DNA from: Halieaceae bacterium
GTDB taxonomy: Bacteria > Pseudomonadota > Gammaproteobacteria > Pseudomonadales > Halieaceae
DNA length: 64,000 bases
Direction of reading: 5' to 3'
NCBI GenBank assembly: GCA_028282105.1
Contig: JANQIO010000236.1
Coordinates: 14,571-78,570 of the forward strand
Shown here: in pieces, positions 45,710-56,707 of the stretch
How positions within the stretch are numbered: the first letter of the stretch is position 1
Layout: each line of letters starts with the position of its first letter
Program-made: the position numbers and the translations under genes
The notes under the pieces: model-generated
What the model saw: the letters and a program-made list of their open reading frames with translations, nothing else
The model's database searches: none
What the model was told of the DNA's origin: nothing

Positions 45710-46165
45710 ATGTTTCGCGGGGTGCAACATATCAACATGGACGCCAAGGGCAGACTGGCTATGCCAGCCCGCCAGCGCGAGCCGTTGATGGCCCAGTGCG
45801 AGGGGCAGCTCGTTGCCACCATCGACACCCAGTCCCAATGCCTGTTCATCTACCCCTTGCCCGTCTGGGAGCAGATCGAGCAGGAGATCCAGGATCTCCC
45901 GGCCCTGAATCCTGCGGTCAAGCGCTTCCAGCGCCTCGTTATCGGCTACGCCACGGACCTCGAACTCGACGGCAACGGCCGTATTCTGCTGCCGGCGCCG
46001 CTGCGCGACTACGCGCAGCTCGAGAAGAAGTTGGTCCTGGTCGGCCAGGGCAAGAAGCTGGAACTGTGGTCCGAAGAGCTGTGGCTGGCGGAGCGCGAAC
46101 AGGCACTGTCCGAATCCGGCCCGGACGCGGCACTTCCCGAAGAACTGATGTCGCTGACGCTGTAG
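45710..46165 (+). CDS. mraZ: Transcriptional regulator MraZ
   Basis: ORF track starts at a GTG at 45704; the ATG at 45710 gives the canonical MFRGVQHINMDAKGRLAMP. A second repeat contains GNGRILLP. Confidence 0.93.
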   Translation: MFRGVQHINMDAKGRLAMPARQREPLMAQCEGQLVATIDTQSQCLFIYPLPVWEQIEQEIQDLPALNPAVKRFQRLVIGYATDLELDGNGRILLPAPLRDYAQLEKKLVLVGQGKKLELWSEELWLAEREQALSESGPDAALPEELMSLTL

Positions 46166-46174
46166 GGGGTCGGC

Positions 46175-47104
46175 ATGCATCAAACAGTGTTGTTGCGAGA
46201 GGCGGTTGAAGCCCTCGTGACGGTGCGCGATGGCTACTACGTCGACGGTACCTTCGGACGCGGTGGTCACAGTCGCGCCATTCTTGCAGCGCTCAGCGCG
46301 GAGGGGAGTCTCTTGGGCGTCGACAAGGATCCACAGGCGATTGCGGTCGCCAGCGAGTTAAAGGAGGGTGACAGCCGGTTCGATTTTGAGCACGGCTCGT
46401 TCGCCCAGCTTCCCCGTCAACTGCGCCGAAAGGGGATCGGCGCAGTTGACGGTATTTTATTGGATCTCGGTGTTTCCAGCCCGCAGTTGGATGAGGCCGA
46501 GAGGGGATTTTCGTTCAGTCAGGATGGGCCCTTGGATATGCGCATGGATACCACCCAGGGACAGACCGCCGCCGCATGGCTGGCCTCTGCCTCGCACGGT
46601 GATATTGCCAGCGTGTTGCGCGAGTACGGCGAGGAGCGCCACGCCGGTCGCATCGCCAGCGCCATCCTGCGCGCCCTTGAATCGGGCCCGATAGAGACTA
46701 CCGGGCAACTGGCAAAGATCGTTTCCGAGGCCAATCCCAGTTGGGAAAAGCACAAGCATCCGGCGACTCGCGCCTTCCAGGGTATTCGCATCTGGATCAA
46801 TCGCGAACTCGAGGACCTGGATGCCCTGCTGGCGTCGGCGGTGGATTTACTCAGGCCCGGCGGGCGCCTGGTCATCATCAGCTTCCACTCGCTGGAAGAT
46901 CGCATGGTCAAGCGCTTCATCCGTCGCATGAGCCGCGGCGAACAGCCGCCCAGGGGTGTCCCGGTCCGTGACAATCAGGTGCGCCGGCAACTCGCCGCTG
47001 TCGGTCGCGCCATCAAACCCTCTGCCGAAGAAGTGAAGGGCAATCCGCGGGCCCGCAGCGCCGTCATGCGCATTGCCGAGCGCCTGCCCGAGGTGGCGGC
47101 ATGA
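46175..47104 (+). CDS. rsmH: 16S rRNA (cytosine1402-N4)-methyltransferase
   Basis: 309 aa. SAM motif [24 protein letters not shown]. Confidence 0.95.
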   Translation: MHQTVLLREAVEALVTVRDGYYVDGTFGRGGHSRAILAALSAEGSLLGVDKDPQAIAVASELKEGDSRFDFEHGSFAQLPRQLRRKGIGAVDGILLDLGVSSPQLDEAERGFSFSQDGPLDMRMDTTQGQTAAAWLASASHGDIASVLREYGEERHAGRIASAILRALESGPIETTGQLAKIVSEANPSWEKHKHPATRAFQGIRIWINRELEDLDALLASAVDLLRPGGRLVIISFHSLEDRMVKRFIRRMSRGEQPPRGVPVRDNQVRRQLAAVGRAIKPSAEEVKGNPRARSAVMRIAERLPEVAA

Positions 47105-47430
47105 AGCCTGCCGTCGGCAGGCCAGCGCGGGGCTGGGTTGTGGTCAACCTGGGGCTGCTGGTGGCCGTGGTGGCGACGGCGGTTTCTATTGTCAGTGCTT
47201 CCCATCACTGCCGGCAGGCCTATGCCAGCTTGCAATCTCTACAGTCCTCACAATGGGATATGCAGGAGCAGTGGGGCAAGCTGCTGCTGGAGCAGAGCAC
47301 CTGGGCGGCCCACCATCGCGTCGAGCAGCTGGCCCGCAAGGAGCTGGACATGCGCCTGCCGCGGGCCTCCGAACTGCAGGTGGTAGTGCCCGGCGTCGGC
47401 CCCGACGCAGTAGCGGGAGCGACGCCATGA
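47101..47430 (+). CDS. ftsL: Cell division protein FtsL
   Basis: 109 aa with a single TM ([21 protein letters not shown]) followed by a coiled coil. Conserved position. ATGA overlaps on both sides. Confidence 0.88.
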   Translation: MKPAVGRPARGWVVVNLGLLVAVVATAVSIVSASHHCRQAYASLQSLQSSQWDMQEQWGKLLLEQSTWAAHHRVEQLARKELDMRLPRASELQVVVPGVGPDAVAGATP

Positions 47431-49157
47431 GTGGGGCAGCGATCAGCCCGGTTTCGCCCTGGCGCAGCCACCTGATGGCCACATTTATCACCCTATTATT
47501 CGGTTTGCTGGTGTGGCGCGTACTGAGCCTGCAGGTGCTGGACAGCGACCGGGGCTACGCCTTCCTGCAGGACCAGGGCGAGGCGCGTTATGTGCGCAGC
47601 GCCGAGATCCCTGCCTACCGCGGCATCGTGTCCGATCGTCGCGGCGAGCCGCTGGCCGTCAGCACCCCGGTCATCAGCCTGTGGGCCAATCCGCAACAGC
47701 TGGCGGAGTCGGGACGGGTCGCCGAGCTGGAGTCTGCGCTGGGCCTTGAGGACGGCGCTTTGACGCAGCGCCTGGACAACTATGCCAAGCGAGAATTCAT
47801 GTACCTACAACGCCATATGACACCTCCGGAAGCGCGCGCCGTATTGCGTCGCAAGATTCCCGGTGTGGGTGGCCGCCGCGAGTACCAGCGCTACTATCCG
47901 GCAGGGGAGGTAGCCGCCCACGTTGTCGGCATGACCGACGTCGATGACCGTGGCATCGAGGGTATGGAGCTGGCCTTCGAGGACTGGCTCAAGGGCGCGT
48001 CGGGTCGCAAGCAGGTGATCAAGGATCTGCACGGGGAAGTGGTCCGGGATATCGGTGAGCTGCGTGCCGCACGCCCCGGGCGCGACCTCACCCTCAGCAT
48101 CGACCTGCGAATCCAATACCTGGCGCACCGCGAGCTGCAGCGAGCGGTCGCCAGCACCGGCGCCAAAGCCGGTACGGTGGTCACCCTCGACAGTCGCACC
48201 GGCGAAGTGCTGGCGCTGGTCAACTACCCGACTTACAACCCCAACGGTCGCGGCAGCCTGAAGCCTGGCAGCACGCGCAACCGGGCGCTGACCGATTTGT
48301 TTGAGCCGGGCTCTACCATGAAGCCGCTGACCCTGGTGGCAGCGTTGGAGAGCGGCCTGTATGCCCCGGATACGCTTATCGATACCTCGCCGGGTCGCAT
48401 ACAGGTGGGCAGCAAGGTGCTGCTGGACCCTGTCAACTACGGTGAGCTGAGCGTGGCCCGTATCGTCGCCAAGTCCAGCCAGGTGGGTATTGTAAAAATC
48501 GCCCTCCAGCTGAACGAGCAGGCGGTCTGGCAGGCATTCTCCCGTTTCGGGCTGGGCGAGAATCCCGGTACCGGCTTCCCCGGGGAAAGCGCGGGGGTGC
48601 TGCCGTTCCGCGACCGCTGGCGCGATATCGAGCGCGCCACCCTGGCCTACGGCTATGGCCTGGCGGTGACCCCGCTGCAGCTCGCACGCGCCTATGCCGT
48701 GCTGGCCAATGACGGCAAACTGGTGGCGCCCAGTCTGCTGCGGCTGGAGAAGGCCGCCGCGCTGGATGCCCGCCAGGTGGTCGAACCCGGCATCGCCCGC
48801 CAGGTGCTCGAGGTGCTGCACGGTGTGACCAGTGAAGAAGGGACTGCCCGCAGCGCCCGGGTCGAGGGCTATGGCGTGGCCGGTAAAACGGGCACGGCGC
48901 ACAAGGTTAGCAACGGCGGCTACGCGGACGATCGGTACCTGGCCTTCTTTGCCGGTATCGCTCCGGTGCGTGACCCCCGGCTGGTCACCGTGGTGTTGAT
49001 CGATGAGCCCTCCGGCGACCGTTACTACGGCGGCGAAGTGGCAGCGCCCGTGTTTTCAAGGATTACCGAGGGTGCGCTGCGCCTGCTTAACGTCGTGCCG
49101 GACCAGCCTTCCAGTGCTGTGGCGTCGGGTCGCTCAACAGTGGGGGGTGACGCGTGA
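47427..49157 (+). CDS. ftsI: Peptidoglycan D,D-transpeptidase FtsI (PBP3)
   Basis: ORF track starts at 47073; trimmed to the ATG at 47427, which overlaps the ftsL stop. Motifs GSTMKP (SxxK) and KTGTA. Confidence 0.93.
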   Translation: MSGAAISPVSPWRSHLMATFITLLFGLLVWRVLSLQVLDSDRGYAFLQDQGEARYVRSAEIPAYRGIVSDRRGEPLAVSTPVISLWANPQQLAESGRVAELESALGLEDGALTQRLDNYAKREFMYLQRHMTPPEARAVLRRKIPGVGGRREYQRYYPAGEVAAHVVGMTDVDDRGIEGMELAFEDWLKGASGRKQVIKDLHGEVVRDIGELRAARPGRDLTLSIDLRIQYLAHRELQRAVASTGAKAGTVVTLDSRTGEVLALVNYPTYNPNGRGSLKPGSTRNRALTDLFEPGSTMKPLTLVAALESGLYAPDTLIDTSPGRIQVGSKVLLDPVNYGELSVARIVAKSSQVGIVKIALQLNEQAVWQAFSRFGLGENPGTGFPGESAGVLPFRDRWRDIERATLAYGYGLAVTPLQLARAYAVLANDGKLVAPSLLRLEKAAALDARQVVEPGIARQVLEVLHGVTSEEGTARSARVEGYGVAGKTGTAHKVSNGGYADDRYLAFFAGIAPVRDPRLVTVVLIDEPSGDRYYGGEVAAPVFSRITEGALRLLNVVPDQPSSAVASGRSTVGGDA

Positions 49158-50638
49158 TGGCCCTGCCGCGCAGCCCGGGGCATGCGGTGCCCCTGTTTCG
49201 CCTGCTGCTGGGCATCGCCGAGTCGGTGGCCTTGCCCGTCTACGGGGTAGAAATTGACAGTCGCCGAGTGCAGCCGGGCGATCTGTTCCTGGCCATGCCC
49301 GGCGAACAGCACGATGGCCGCAATTACATAGCGGCCGCGGCCGCCGCCGGCGCCTGCGCTGTGGTCGCTGAAGCCGGCGTCAGCGCCGAACAGCGCGCAA
49401 GCGCCGGTCAGCTGCCGCTGGTAGAGGTGGCAGACCTGGCTAGCCAGGCCGGCATCATCGCTTCGCGCTTTTTCGGTCGGCCCAGCGAGCAGATGCTGAC
49501 CATCGGTGTCACCGGCACCAATGGCAAGACCACGACCTCGCGAGTGCTGGCGCAATTGCTGCGAGCACATGCCGGTAGCTGCGGTGTGATCGGCACCCTC
49601 GGCGCCACGCTGGGTAACGAGGCAGTGGATGCCGCAAACACCACGCCCGATGCGCTCAGCCTGCAGCGCCAGCTGGCCGATTGGCAGGCGGATGCGGTAC
49701 CCGCAGCCGTGCTGGAGGTGTCTTCTCACAGCCTGGTGCAGGGCCGCGTCAGCGGCATGTATTTCGACGCCGCTATCTTCACGAACCTGACCCACGAGCA
49801 CCTCGACTATCACGGCGATATGGAGAGCTATGCCGCCGCCAAGGCCCGGCTGTTTGCGGCCCCGGGGCTGCGCTACGCCATTGTTAATCGCGATGACCCC
49901 TACGCCGACACGATGCTGGCAGTGCTGGCGCCGGAGGTGCAGGTGATCGACTACGCGCTACAGGCTGAGGCCCTGGTGACCGTCAGCGACATTGCCTACC
50001 ACCACGGCGGCCTGGAGGCGAGCTTGCGCAGCCCCTGGGGCGAAGGGCTGGTGCACAGTCCCATGGCCGGGGACTTCAACCTGTCGAACCTGCTGGCCGC
50101 CATCAGTGCCGCCTGCTGCACGGGTATGCCGCTACAGCAGGCGCTGGAGTCTGTGCCAAGGCTCGTCGGCGTAGATGGTCGCATGGAATATGTGGACAAC
50201 CAGCGCGAGCTGCAACTGGTGGTGGACTATGCCCATACTCCGGATGCGCTGGCCCAGGCCCTGCGCGCCCTGCGCGCGCATACCGATGGCGAATTGCACT
50301 GCGTGTTCGGCTGTGGCGGCAACCGCGACCGCGACAAGCGCCCGCTGATGGGAGGCGTGGCGGACGCACTGGCGGACCGGGTCATCGTGACCAGCGACAA
50401 CCCGCGGCATGAAGACCCCCGGGCGATTATCGAAGATATTCTCGCCGGTATAGAAGGCCGCCACGAGGTGGAACCGGACCGCGCGCGAGCGATCGCGCTG
50501 GCCGTTGCAACTGCGGCGCCGGGAGACTGCGTGCTGGTGGCGGGTAAAGGTCACGAAAGTTACCAACAGCTGGGTGACGAACGGCTGGACTTCAGCGATG
50601 TCGCCGAACTCAGGCGCGCCCTGGGAGGCCTGTCGTGA
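49157..50638 (+). CDS. murE: UDP-N-acetylmuramoyl-L-alanyl-D-glutamate--2,6-diaminopimelate ligase
   Basis: GVTGTNGKTT P-loop, and a DNPR block that indicates meso-DAP specificity. Start is the ATG at 49157 (a GTG at 49154 is also possible). Confidence 0.93.
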   Translation: MALPRSPGHAVPLFRLLLGIAESVALPVYGVEIDSRRVQPGDLFLAMPGEQHDGRNYIAAAAAAGACAVVAEAGVSAEQRASAGQLPLVEVADLASQAGIIASRFFGRPSEQMLTIGVTGTNGKTTTSRVLAQLLRAHAGSCGVIGTLGATLGNEAVDAANTTPDALSLQRQLADWQADAVPAAVLEVSSHSLVQGRVSGMYFDAAIFTNLTHEHLDYHGDMESYAAAKARLFAAPGLRYAIVNRDDPYADTMLAVLAPEVQVIDYALQAEALVTVSDIAYHHGGLEASLRSPWGEGLVHSPMAGDFNLSNLLAAISAACCTGMPLQQALESVPRLVGVDGRMEYVDNQRELQLVVDYAHTPDALAQALRALRAHTDGELHCVFGCGGNRDRDKRPLMGGVADALADRVIVTSDNPRHEDPRAIIEDILAGIEGRHEVEPDRARAIALAVATAAPGDCVLVAGKGHESYQQLGDERLDFSDVAELRRALGGLS

Positions 50639-51993
50639 TGCGCCCGCTGTCACTGACCGAACTCGCTGCGCCGCTCGCGGCCAAGCTGCACGGGCCTGAC
50701 GCGACGGTGGCTTCGGTATCCACAGACAGTCGTTCGGTGGCGCCGGGCCAGCTTTTCGTGGCACTGCGCGGCGAGCGCTTCGATGGCCACGATTTCCTGC
50801 AGGCGGTGGCTGACGCTGGCGCCGCTGCAGCGCTGGTCGCCGAGATCTGCGACCTGGACCTGCCGCAGCTGGAGGTCGCCGATACCGAATTGGCGCTCGG
50901 TCAGCTCGGCGCTCTCAATCGCGACCAGTTCAGCGGCCCGCTGCTGGGTATCACCGGCAGTAGCGGCAAGACCTCGGTCAAGAACATGCTTGCCGCTATC
51001 CTGCAGACGGCGGGTCCGACGCTGGCCACCGAGGGCAACCTCAATAATGAAATCGGTGTACCGCTGACCCTGCTGCGGCTGGCGCCGGAGCATCGCTATG
51101 CGGTGATCGAGATGGGGGCGGGCAAGCCCGGCGATATCGCCTACCTGGCCTCACTGGCGCGGCCGCGCGTTTCACTGCTGCTCAATGTCATGCCGGCACA
51201 CCTGGAGCGCATGGGATCGCTACGGGGCATTGCCGAGACAAAGGGGGCTATCGTCTGTGGCGCTGAGGTGGCGGTGTTCCCCCATGACAGCGAATACACC
51301 AGTTACTGGCGCGAACTGGCGGGAGGCGCCCGGCGTCTGGAATTCGGCTTCGACGAGGCAGCACCGGTCCACGTCACCGGCCTCGAACTTCGTGAGCAGG
51401 GTTCGAGATTCTGCCTGCAGATCGACGCCGAAGCGATCCCTGTTGAGCTGCCGCTGCCCGGTCGCCACAGCGTCGCCAACGCCATGGCTGCGGGTGCGGC
51501 GGCATGGGCCGCGGGCGCCAGTGCAGAGCAAATAGCAGCCGGTCTGGCCACAGTGTCAGCCACCGGCGGACGCCTGCTGCGGCGCGCTGGTCGGGATGGC
51601 CTGTCAGTTATCGATGACAGTTACAACGCCAATCCCGGCTCGGTACAGGCCGCCATCGATGTGCTGGCGGGTATGTCGGGCCGTCGGGTACTGGCTCTGG
51701 GCACCATGGCGGAACTGGGTGACGCGGCGGATGCGATGCACCGGGAAGTGGGCGAGTACGCACATGCTGCGGGGTTGGACGGGCTGTGGACGGCTGGCCC
51801 GCACACCGAACATGCGGCCGCGGGCTTCGGCGCCGGCGCCGAGCATTTTGTAGATCGTGAAGCGCTGCTGGCAGCGCTGCCGCAGCTGGCCCAGGCGGGT
51901 GACGTGGTGTTGGTCAAGGGCTCGCGCAGTGCTGGCATGGAGCAGGTGGTAGCCGCGCTGTTGCCGGCGGCCGCCAACGGGGAGGGCGAGTAG
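50638..51993 (+). CDS. murF: UDP-N-acetylmuramoyl-tripeptide--D-alanyl-D-alanine ligase
   Basis: GITGSSGKTS P-loop; conserved position. Start is the ATG at 50638 (a GTG at 50635 is also possible). Confidence 0.92.
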   Translation: MRPLSLTELAAPLAAKLHGPDATVASVSTDSRSVAPGQLFVALRGERFDGHDFLQAVADAGAAAALVAEICDLDLPQLEVADTELALGQLGALNRDQFSGPLLGITGSSGKTSVKNMLAAILQTAGPTLATEGNLNNEIGVPLTLLRLAPEHRYAVIEMGAGKPGDIAYLASLARPRVSLLLNVMPAHLERMGSLRGIAETKGAIVCGAEVAVFPHDSEYTSYWRELAGGARRLEFGFDEAAPVHVTGLELREQGSRFCLQIDAEAIPVELPLPGRHSVANAMAAGAAAWAAGASAEQIAAGLATVSATGGRLLRRAGRDGLSVIDDSYNANPGSVQAAIDVLAGMSGRRVLALGTMAELGDAADAMHREVGEYAHAAGLDGLWTAGPHTEHAAAGFGAGAEHFVDREALLAALPQLAQAGDVVLVKGSRSAGMEQVVAALLPAAANGEGE

Positions 51994-53076
51994 ATGTTGC
52001 TATACCTGGCTGACTACCTGGCAACACTGGACTCGGGCTTTGCCGTGTTCCAGTACCTGACCTTCCGCGGCATCCTCGGAGTGGCGACGGCGCTGGCGAT
52101 TTCGCTGCTAGTGGGCCCCTTCATGATCCGACGCCTCAACTATCATCAGATCGGCCAGGCGGTGCGGGAGGACGGCCCCGAGACCCACCTCAGCAAGAGT
52201 GGCACCCCCACCATGGGCGGCGCGCTGATCCTGGTGGCCATTTTCGTCAGCACCCTGCTGTGGAGCGACCTGGCCAACCCCTATGTGTGGCTGGTGCTGT
52301 TTGTGACTTTGGTGTTCGGTGCCGTGGGCTGGGTGGACGACTGGCGCAAGGTAATGCGCCAGGACCCCACCGGCCTGCCTGCCCGCTGGAAGTACTTCTG
52401 GCAGTCGGTGGCGGGCCTCGGCTTCGCCCTCTACCTCTACGTCTACATCGATACACCGGTGGCGACCCAGCTGTTCGTGCCTTTCTTCAAGGATTTTGCC
52501 TGGGAAATGGGCCCGCTGTTTGTGGTGCTGACGTATTTCGTGGTGGTCGGCGCCAGCAACGCGGTGAACCTGACCGACGGCCTCGATGGGCTGGCTATCC
52601 TGCCCACCGTGCTGGTGGGCTCCGCCTTGGGCATTATCGCCTACGTCACCGGTCACGTGGAGTTTGCCGACTACCTGCATATTCCCTACGTGGCAGGCAC
52701 TGGTGAACTGGTGGTGTTCTGCGGCGCCATGGCGGGGGCCGGCGTGGGATTCCTGTGGTTCAACACCTATCCGGCCATGGTGTTCATGGGCGATGTGGGT
52801 GCGCTGGCCCTGGGGGCGGCGCTGGGAGCGGTGGCCGTGATTACCCGCCACGAGATCGTGTTCTTCATCATGGGCGGCATCTTCGTGCTGGAAACCGTAT
52901 CGGTGATCCTCCAGGTCGCCAGCTTCAAGCTGACCGGCAAGCGCATTTTCCGCATGGCGCCGATCCACCACCACTTCGAGTTGAAGGGCTGGCCCGAACC
53001 GCGGGTGATTGTGCGCTTCTGGATCATTACGGTGATGCTGGTGCTGTTCGGCCTGGCAACCCTGAAGCTGCGCTAG
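51994..53076 (+). CDS. mraY: Phospho-N-acetylmuramoyl-pentapeptide transferase
   Basis: 360 aa. [10 protein letters not shown]-terminus, [13 protein letters not shown], polytopic membrane protein. Confidence 0.96.
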   Translation: MLLYLADYLATLDSGFAVFQYLTFRGILGVATALAISLLVGPFMIRRLNYHQIGQAVREDGPETHLSKSGTPTMGGALILVAIFVSTLLWSDLANPYVWLVLFVTLVFGAVGWVDDWRKVMRQDPTGLPARWKYFWQSVAGLGFALYLYVYIDTPVATQLFVPFFKDFAWEMGPLFVVLTYFVVVGASNAVNLTDGLDGLAILPTVLVGSALGIIAYVTGHVEFADYLHIPYVAGTGELVVFCGAMAGAGVGFLWFNTYPAMVFMGDVGALALGAALGAVAVITRHEIVFFIMGGIFVLETVSVILQVASFKLTGKRIFRMAPIHHHFELKGWPEPRVIVRFWIITVMLVLFGLATLKLR

Positions 53077-53080
53077 GGAG

Positions 53081-54448
53081 ATGGGAGTCGCTGTGGCTGA
53101 CACACTGATTGCGAGCTCTGAAACACCCCTGGTGGTGGGACTGGGCAGCACCGGTATGTCCTGCGTGCGCTACTTCACTCGCCGCGGTCTTCCCTTTGCG
53201 GTGGCGGATTCTCGCGAAGCGCCGCCGGGGCTGGATGCCTTGCTGGCCGAGTACCCAGGGCTGCCGGTGCAGCTTGGCAGCCTGGATGCCGAGCGATTGA
53301 AGGCGGCTGGCCGCCTGGTCGTCAGCCCGGGCCTGAGCCTGGCGGAGCCGGCGATTGCCGAGGCGCTGGCCGCCGGGGTGCCGGTGTGCGGCGACATCGA
53401 TCTGTTCTGTGAACAGGCAGCGGCACCGGTGGTGGGTATCACCGGTTCCAACGGCAAGTCCACGGTGACGGCCCTGGTCGGCGAGATGGCTGCGGCCGCA
53501 GGCCGACGGGTGGCTGTGGGCGGCAACCTCGGCACGCCAGCCCTGGACCTGCTGGATGAGGACGTCGAACTCTACGTGCTGGAACTGTCCAGCTTCCAGC
53601 TTGAGCGCGCCGGCAAGCTGGGCCTGGCGCTGGCCACGGTGCTGAATATGTCGCCGGACCATCTCGACCGCCATCACAGTATGCAGGCCTATCACGCCGC
53701 CAAGCACCGTATTTTCCTGAACTGCGGCGCGGTGGTGTTCAACCGCCAGGACCCCCTGTCGCGACCGCTGCAGGCCGATTCAACGGCGAGCTGGAGTTTT
53801 GGCCTGGACACGCCGGACCGGCATGGATATGGCTTGCGGGAACACCAGGGCGAGCAGTGGATTTTCCGCGAGTTCCAGCCCTTCATGGCGGCAGCCGAGC
53901 TGCGGCTGGTGGGGCGCCACAACCTGGCCAACGCGCTGGCTGCTCTGGCCCTGGGTGAGCTCCTGGACCTGCCGGCGGAGACCACGCGCCAGGCGCTAAG
54001 GGAATTCCCGGGCCTGCCCCATCGCAGCCAGCTGGTGGGAGAGGCCCGCGGCCTGCGTTTCGTCAACGACTCCAAGGCCACCAATCCGGGGGCAACCATT
54101 GCCGCCCTGCGCGGTTTCGACGCTGGCCTGGTGGTGATACTGGGCGGCCAGGGCAAGGGAGCAGATTTTGCAGAGCTGGCGGTGGAGGCGGCGCGCCGGT
54201 GTCGCGCAGTCATTCTTATGGGAGAGGACGCGGCCCTGCTGGATGCGGCCCTGCCGGCGCAGCTGCCGCGCCAGCAGGTGACGGATATGGATGCCGCCGT
54301 GGACGCGGCGGTGGCCCAGGCCGAAGCGGGCGATATCGTGCTGCTGTCGCCGGCCTGTGCCAGCTTCGATATGTTTAGCGGCTTTGCCCAACGCGGCGAG
54401 GCCTTTTGCCACAGTGTGGCTCGCTACCTGGACGGGGCTGCGTCATGA
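53081..54448 (+). CDS. murD: UDP-N-acetylmuramoylalanine--D-glutamate ligase
   Basis: 455 aa. GITGSNGKST P-loop; conserved position. Confidence 0.93.
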   Translation: MGVAVADTLIASSETPLVVGLGSTGMSCVRYFTRRGLPFAVADSREAPPGLDALLAEYPGLPVQLGSLDAERLKAAGRLVVSPGLSLAEPAIAEALAAGVPVCGDIDLFCEQAAAPVVGITGSNGKSTVTALVGEMAAAAGRRVAVGGNLGTPALDLLDEDVELYVLELSSFQLERAGKLGLALATVLNMSPDHLDRHHSMQAYHAAKHRIFLNCGAVVFNRQDPLSRPLQADSTASWSFGLDTPDRHGYGLREHQGEQWIFREFQPFMAAAELRLVGRHNLANALAALALGELLDLPAETTRQALREFPGLPHRSQLVGEARGLRFVNDSKATNPGATIAALRGFDAGLVVILGGQGKGADFAELAVEAARRCRAVILMGEDAALLDAALPAQLPRQQVTDMDAAVDAAVAQAEAGDIVLLSPACASFDMFSGFAQRGEAFCHSVARYLDGAAS

Positions 54449-55632
54449 GTATCGCCGGCGCCGCCGCTCTGCGTCTGCCCGCTGAGTCCAGCGCTTACGG
54501 GCTGGACCTCAAGCTGTTGTTGCCAACGATCGCGCTGCTGTTGATAGGCTACGTGGCGATTACGTCGGCCTCGGTGGAGTATGCGGCGGCCTATTACGGC
54601 GACCCCATGCACCATGCCCACCGTCACCTGATCTACCTGGGCCTGGCTGCAGTTGCCGCAGCCATCGTGCTGGTGATTCCGATCCGCTTCTGGGCAATGA
54701 CCGGCTGGGCCTGGCTGTTTCTGGGCCTGGCGCTGCTGGCGCTGGTGCTGATTCCCGGTATCGGTGTGAAGGTGAACGGCAGTCGCCGCTGGCTCGACTT
54801 CGGGCCCCTGACCCTACAGGCCTCGGAGTTCGCCAAGCTGTTTCTGGTGATCTACCTGGCAGGCTACCTGCAGCGCCGAGAGGAACAGGTGCGCAGTCAG
54901 TGGCAGGGTTTTATCAAGCCCATGGCGGTGGTGTTTGCCGTCACCCTGCTGTTGATGGCGGAGCCGGACTTTGGCGCCACGGTGGTCACCGTCGGCGCCG
55001 CTTTCGGTATGCTGTTCCTGGCAGGTGTAAAACTCGCGCACTTCCTGTTGGTGGTGCTGGGCAGTGTGCTGGCCCTGACCTTGCTGGTGATCAGCGAACC
55101 CTATCGCCTCAAGCGTCTCACCGCGTACACCGACCCCTGGGCCGACCAGTTCAACTCCGGCTACCAGCTCACCCAGTCACTGATCGCCTTTGGGCGCGGT
55201 GAGTGGTTTGGCGTGGGTCTTGGTAACAGCGTGCAAAAGCTGTTCTACCTGCCGGAGGCGCACACCGACTTCGTGTTCTCCATCTGGGCCGAGGAAACCG
55301 GCCTGGTCGGCGCCCTGCTGGTCATTGGCCTGTTCCTGGGACTGGTGTACCGGATGTTCCGGATCGCACGACAGCGGGTGGAGGCAGGAGACTGTTTTGG
55401 GGCGCAGCTCTGTTACGGGGTGGCGCTGATCATCGCCAGCCAGGCGTTTATCAATATCGGTGTCAGCACCGGCCTGCTGCCCACCAAGGGTCTTACTCTG
55501 CCGCTGGTCAGCTACGGCGGCAGCAGCCTGATTGCAGTGTGCGCCATGATTGCACTGGTGTTGCGGGTGGAGCGTGAAGCCGCACAGGCATCGGCTCAGA
55601 AACCCGCGCGGGGAGGGCGCCGCCGTGGGTGA
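54445..55632 (+). CDS. ftsW: SEDS-family peptidoglycan glycosyltransferase FtsW
   Basis: ORF track starts at 54406; trimmed to the ATG at 54445, which overlaps the murD stop. 10-TM SEDS layout with PEAHTDF and LVSYGGSS blocks. Confidence 0.92.
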   Translation: MSIAGAAALRLPAESSAYGLDLKLLLPTIALLLIGYVAITSASVEYAAAYYGDPMHHAHRHLIYLGLAAVAAAIVLVIPIRFWAMTGWAWLFLGLALLALVLIPGIGVKVNGSRRWLDFGPLTLQASEFAKLFLVIYLAGYLQRREEQVRSQWQGFIKPMAVVFAVTLLLMAEPDFGATVVTVGAAFGMLFLAGVKLAHFLLVVLGSVLALTLLVISEPYRLKRLTAYTDPWADQFNSGYQLTQSLIAFGRGEWFGVGLGNSVQKLFYLPEAHTDFVFSIWAEETGLVGALLVIGLFLGLVYRMFRIARQRVEAGDCFGAQLCYGVALIIASQAFINIGVSTGLLPTKGLTLPLVSYGGSSLIAVCAMIALVLRVEREAAQASAQKPARGGRRRG

Positions 55633-56707
55633 TAGGCGTATAGCTATTTTCGCCGGTGGTACCGGCGGCCATGTTTACCCGGCGCTGGCGGTGGCTACCG
55701 AACTGGCTGAACGCGGCTACGCCATCGACTGGTTCGGCACCGAGCGGGGCCTGGAGTCGCGGGTGGTTCCCGAGGCCGGCTTCCCGCTGCACCTGATTCG
55801 CGTCAGCGGCATTCGCGGCAAGGGCCTGCTGGCGCGGCTGCGCGGCTTGTTCAGTATCGGCCTGGCGCTGCTGCAATCCCTGGGCCTGCTCGGCCGCCTG
55901 CGCCCGGTCTGCGCCCTCGGTATGGGCGGCTATGTGTCCGGTCCGGCGGGGCTTGCTGCCTGGCTGCTGCGAGTGCCGCTGGTCATACACGAACAGAATT
56001 CGGTGGCGGGTACCACCAACCGCCTGCTGCGCCGCTTCGCCCGGGTCGTGTGCACCGCCTATCCGCAGGCCTTTGGCGCCAGCGTGGCCGCGCGCGAGCT
56101 CGGCAACCCGGTGCGGACGCAACTGCTGGCGGACGGCGCTGCCCCCTATGAATACGATGGCGGTCGGCCGCTGCGACTGCTGGTGGTGGGCGGCAGTCTG
56201 GGCGCCAGGGCGATCAACGAAGTACTGCCGGCAGCGCTGGCGGCACTGCCGCCCGCCTGCGAACTGGCGCTGCGGCACCAGACCGGCCCCAGCCACGCGG
56301 ACAGCGTCGCGGCCCTGTACGGCGGGCAAACCGGCGAGGTGGAGATTCTTCCGTACATCGAAGACATGGCCGCTGCCTACCGTTGGGCAGACCTGGTGCT
56401 GTGCCGCGCCGGAGCGCTGACGGTGTCGGAACTGACGATTATCGGTCGCCCGGCGATCCTGGTCCCGCTGCCCAACGCGATCGACGACCACCAGGCCCAC
56501 AACGCCGCCTGGCTCGCTGCGGCCGGTGGCGCCGTTACCTTGCCCCAGGCGGACATGACGCCGGAGATCGTGGCCGCACTGGTAGCCGAGCTGGCCGCGG
56601 CGCCTGCGCGGCTCGCCGGCATGGCCCGCGCCGCCATTGCGGCCGGCAGCCCGGCCGCTACCCGCGATGTCGCCGATGTTTGCGAGGAGGTGCGCCGTGG
56701 CCGCTGA
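55625..56707 (+). CDS. murG: Undecaprenyldiphospho-muramoylpentapeptide beta-N-acetylglucosaminyltransferase
   Basis: ORF track starts at 55550, inside ftsW. The GTG at 55625 gives [24 protein letters not shown], the canonical MurG N-terminus. Confidence 0.9.
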   Translation: MGDRRIAIFAGGTGGHVYPALAVATELAERGYAIDWFGTERGLESRVVPEAGFPLHLIRVSGIRGKGLLARLRGLFSIGLALLQSLGLLGRLRPVCALGMGGYVSGPAGLAAWLLRVPLVIHEQNSVAGTTNRLLRRFARVVCTAYPQAFGASVAARELGNPVRTQLLADGAAPYEYDGGRPLRLLVVGGSLGARAINEVLPAALAALPPACELALRHQTGPSHADSVAALYGGQTGEVEILPYIEDMAAAYRWADLVLCRAGALTVSELTIIGRPAILVPLPNAIDDHQAHNAAWLAAAGGAVTLPQADMTPEIVAALVAELAAAPARLAGMARAAIAAGSPAATRDVADVCEEVRRGR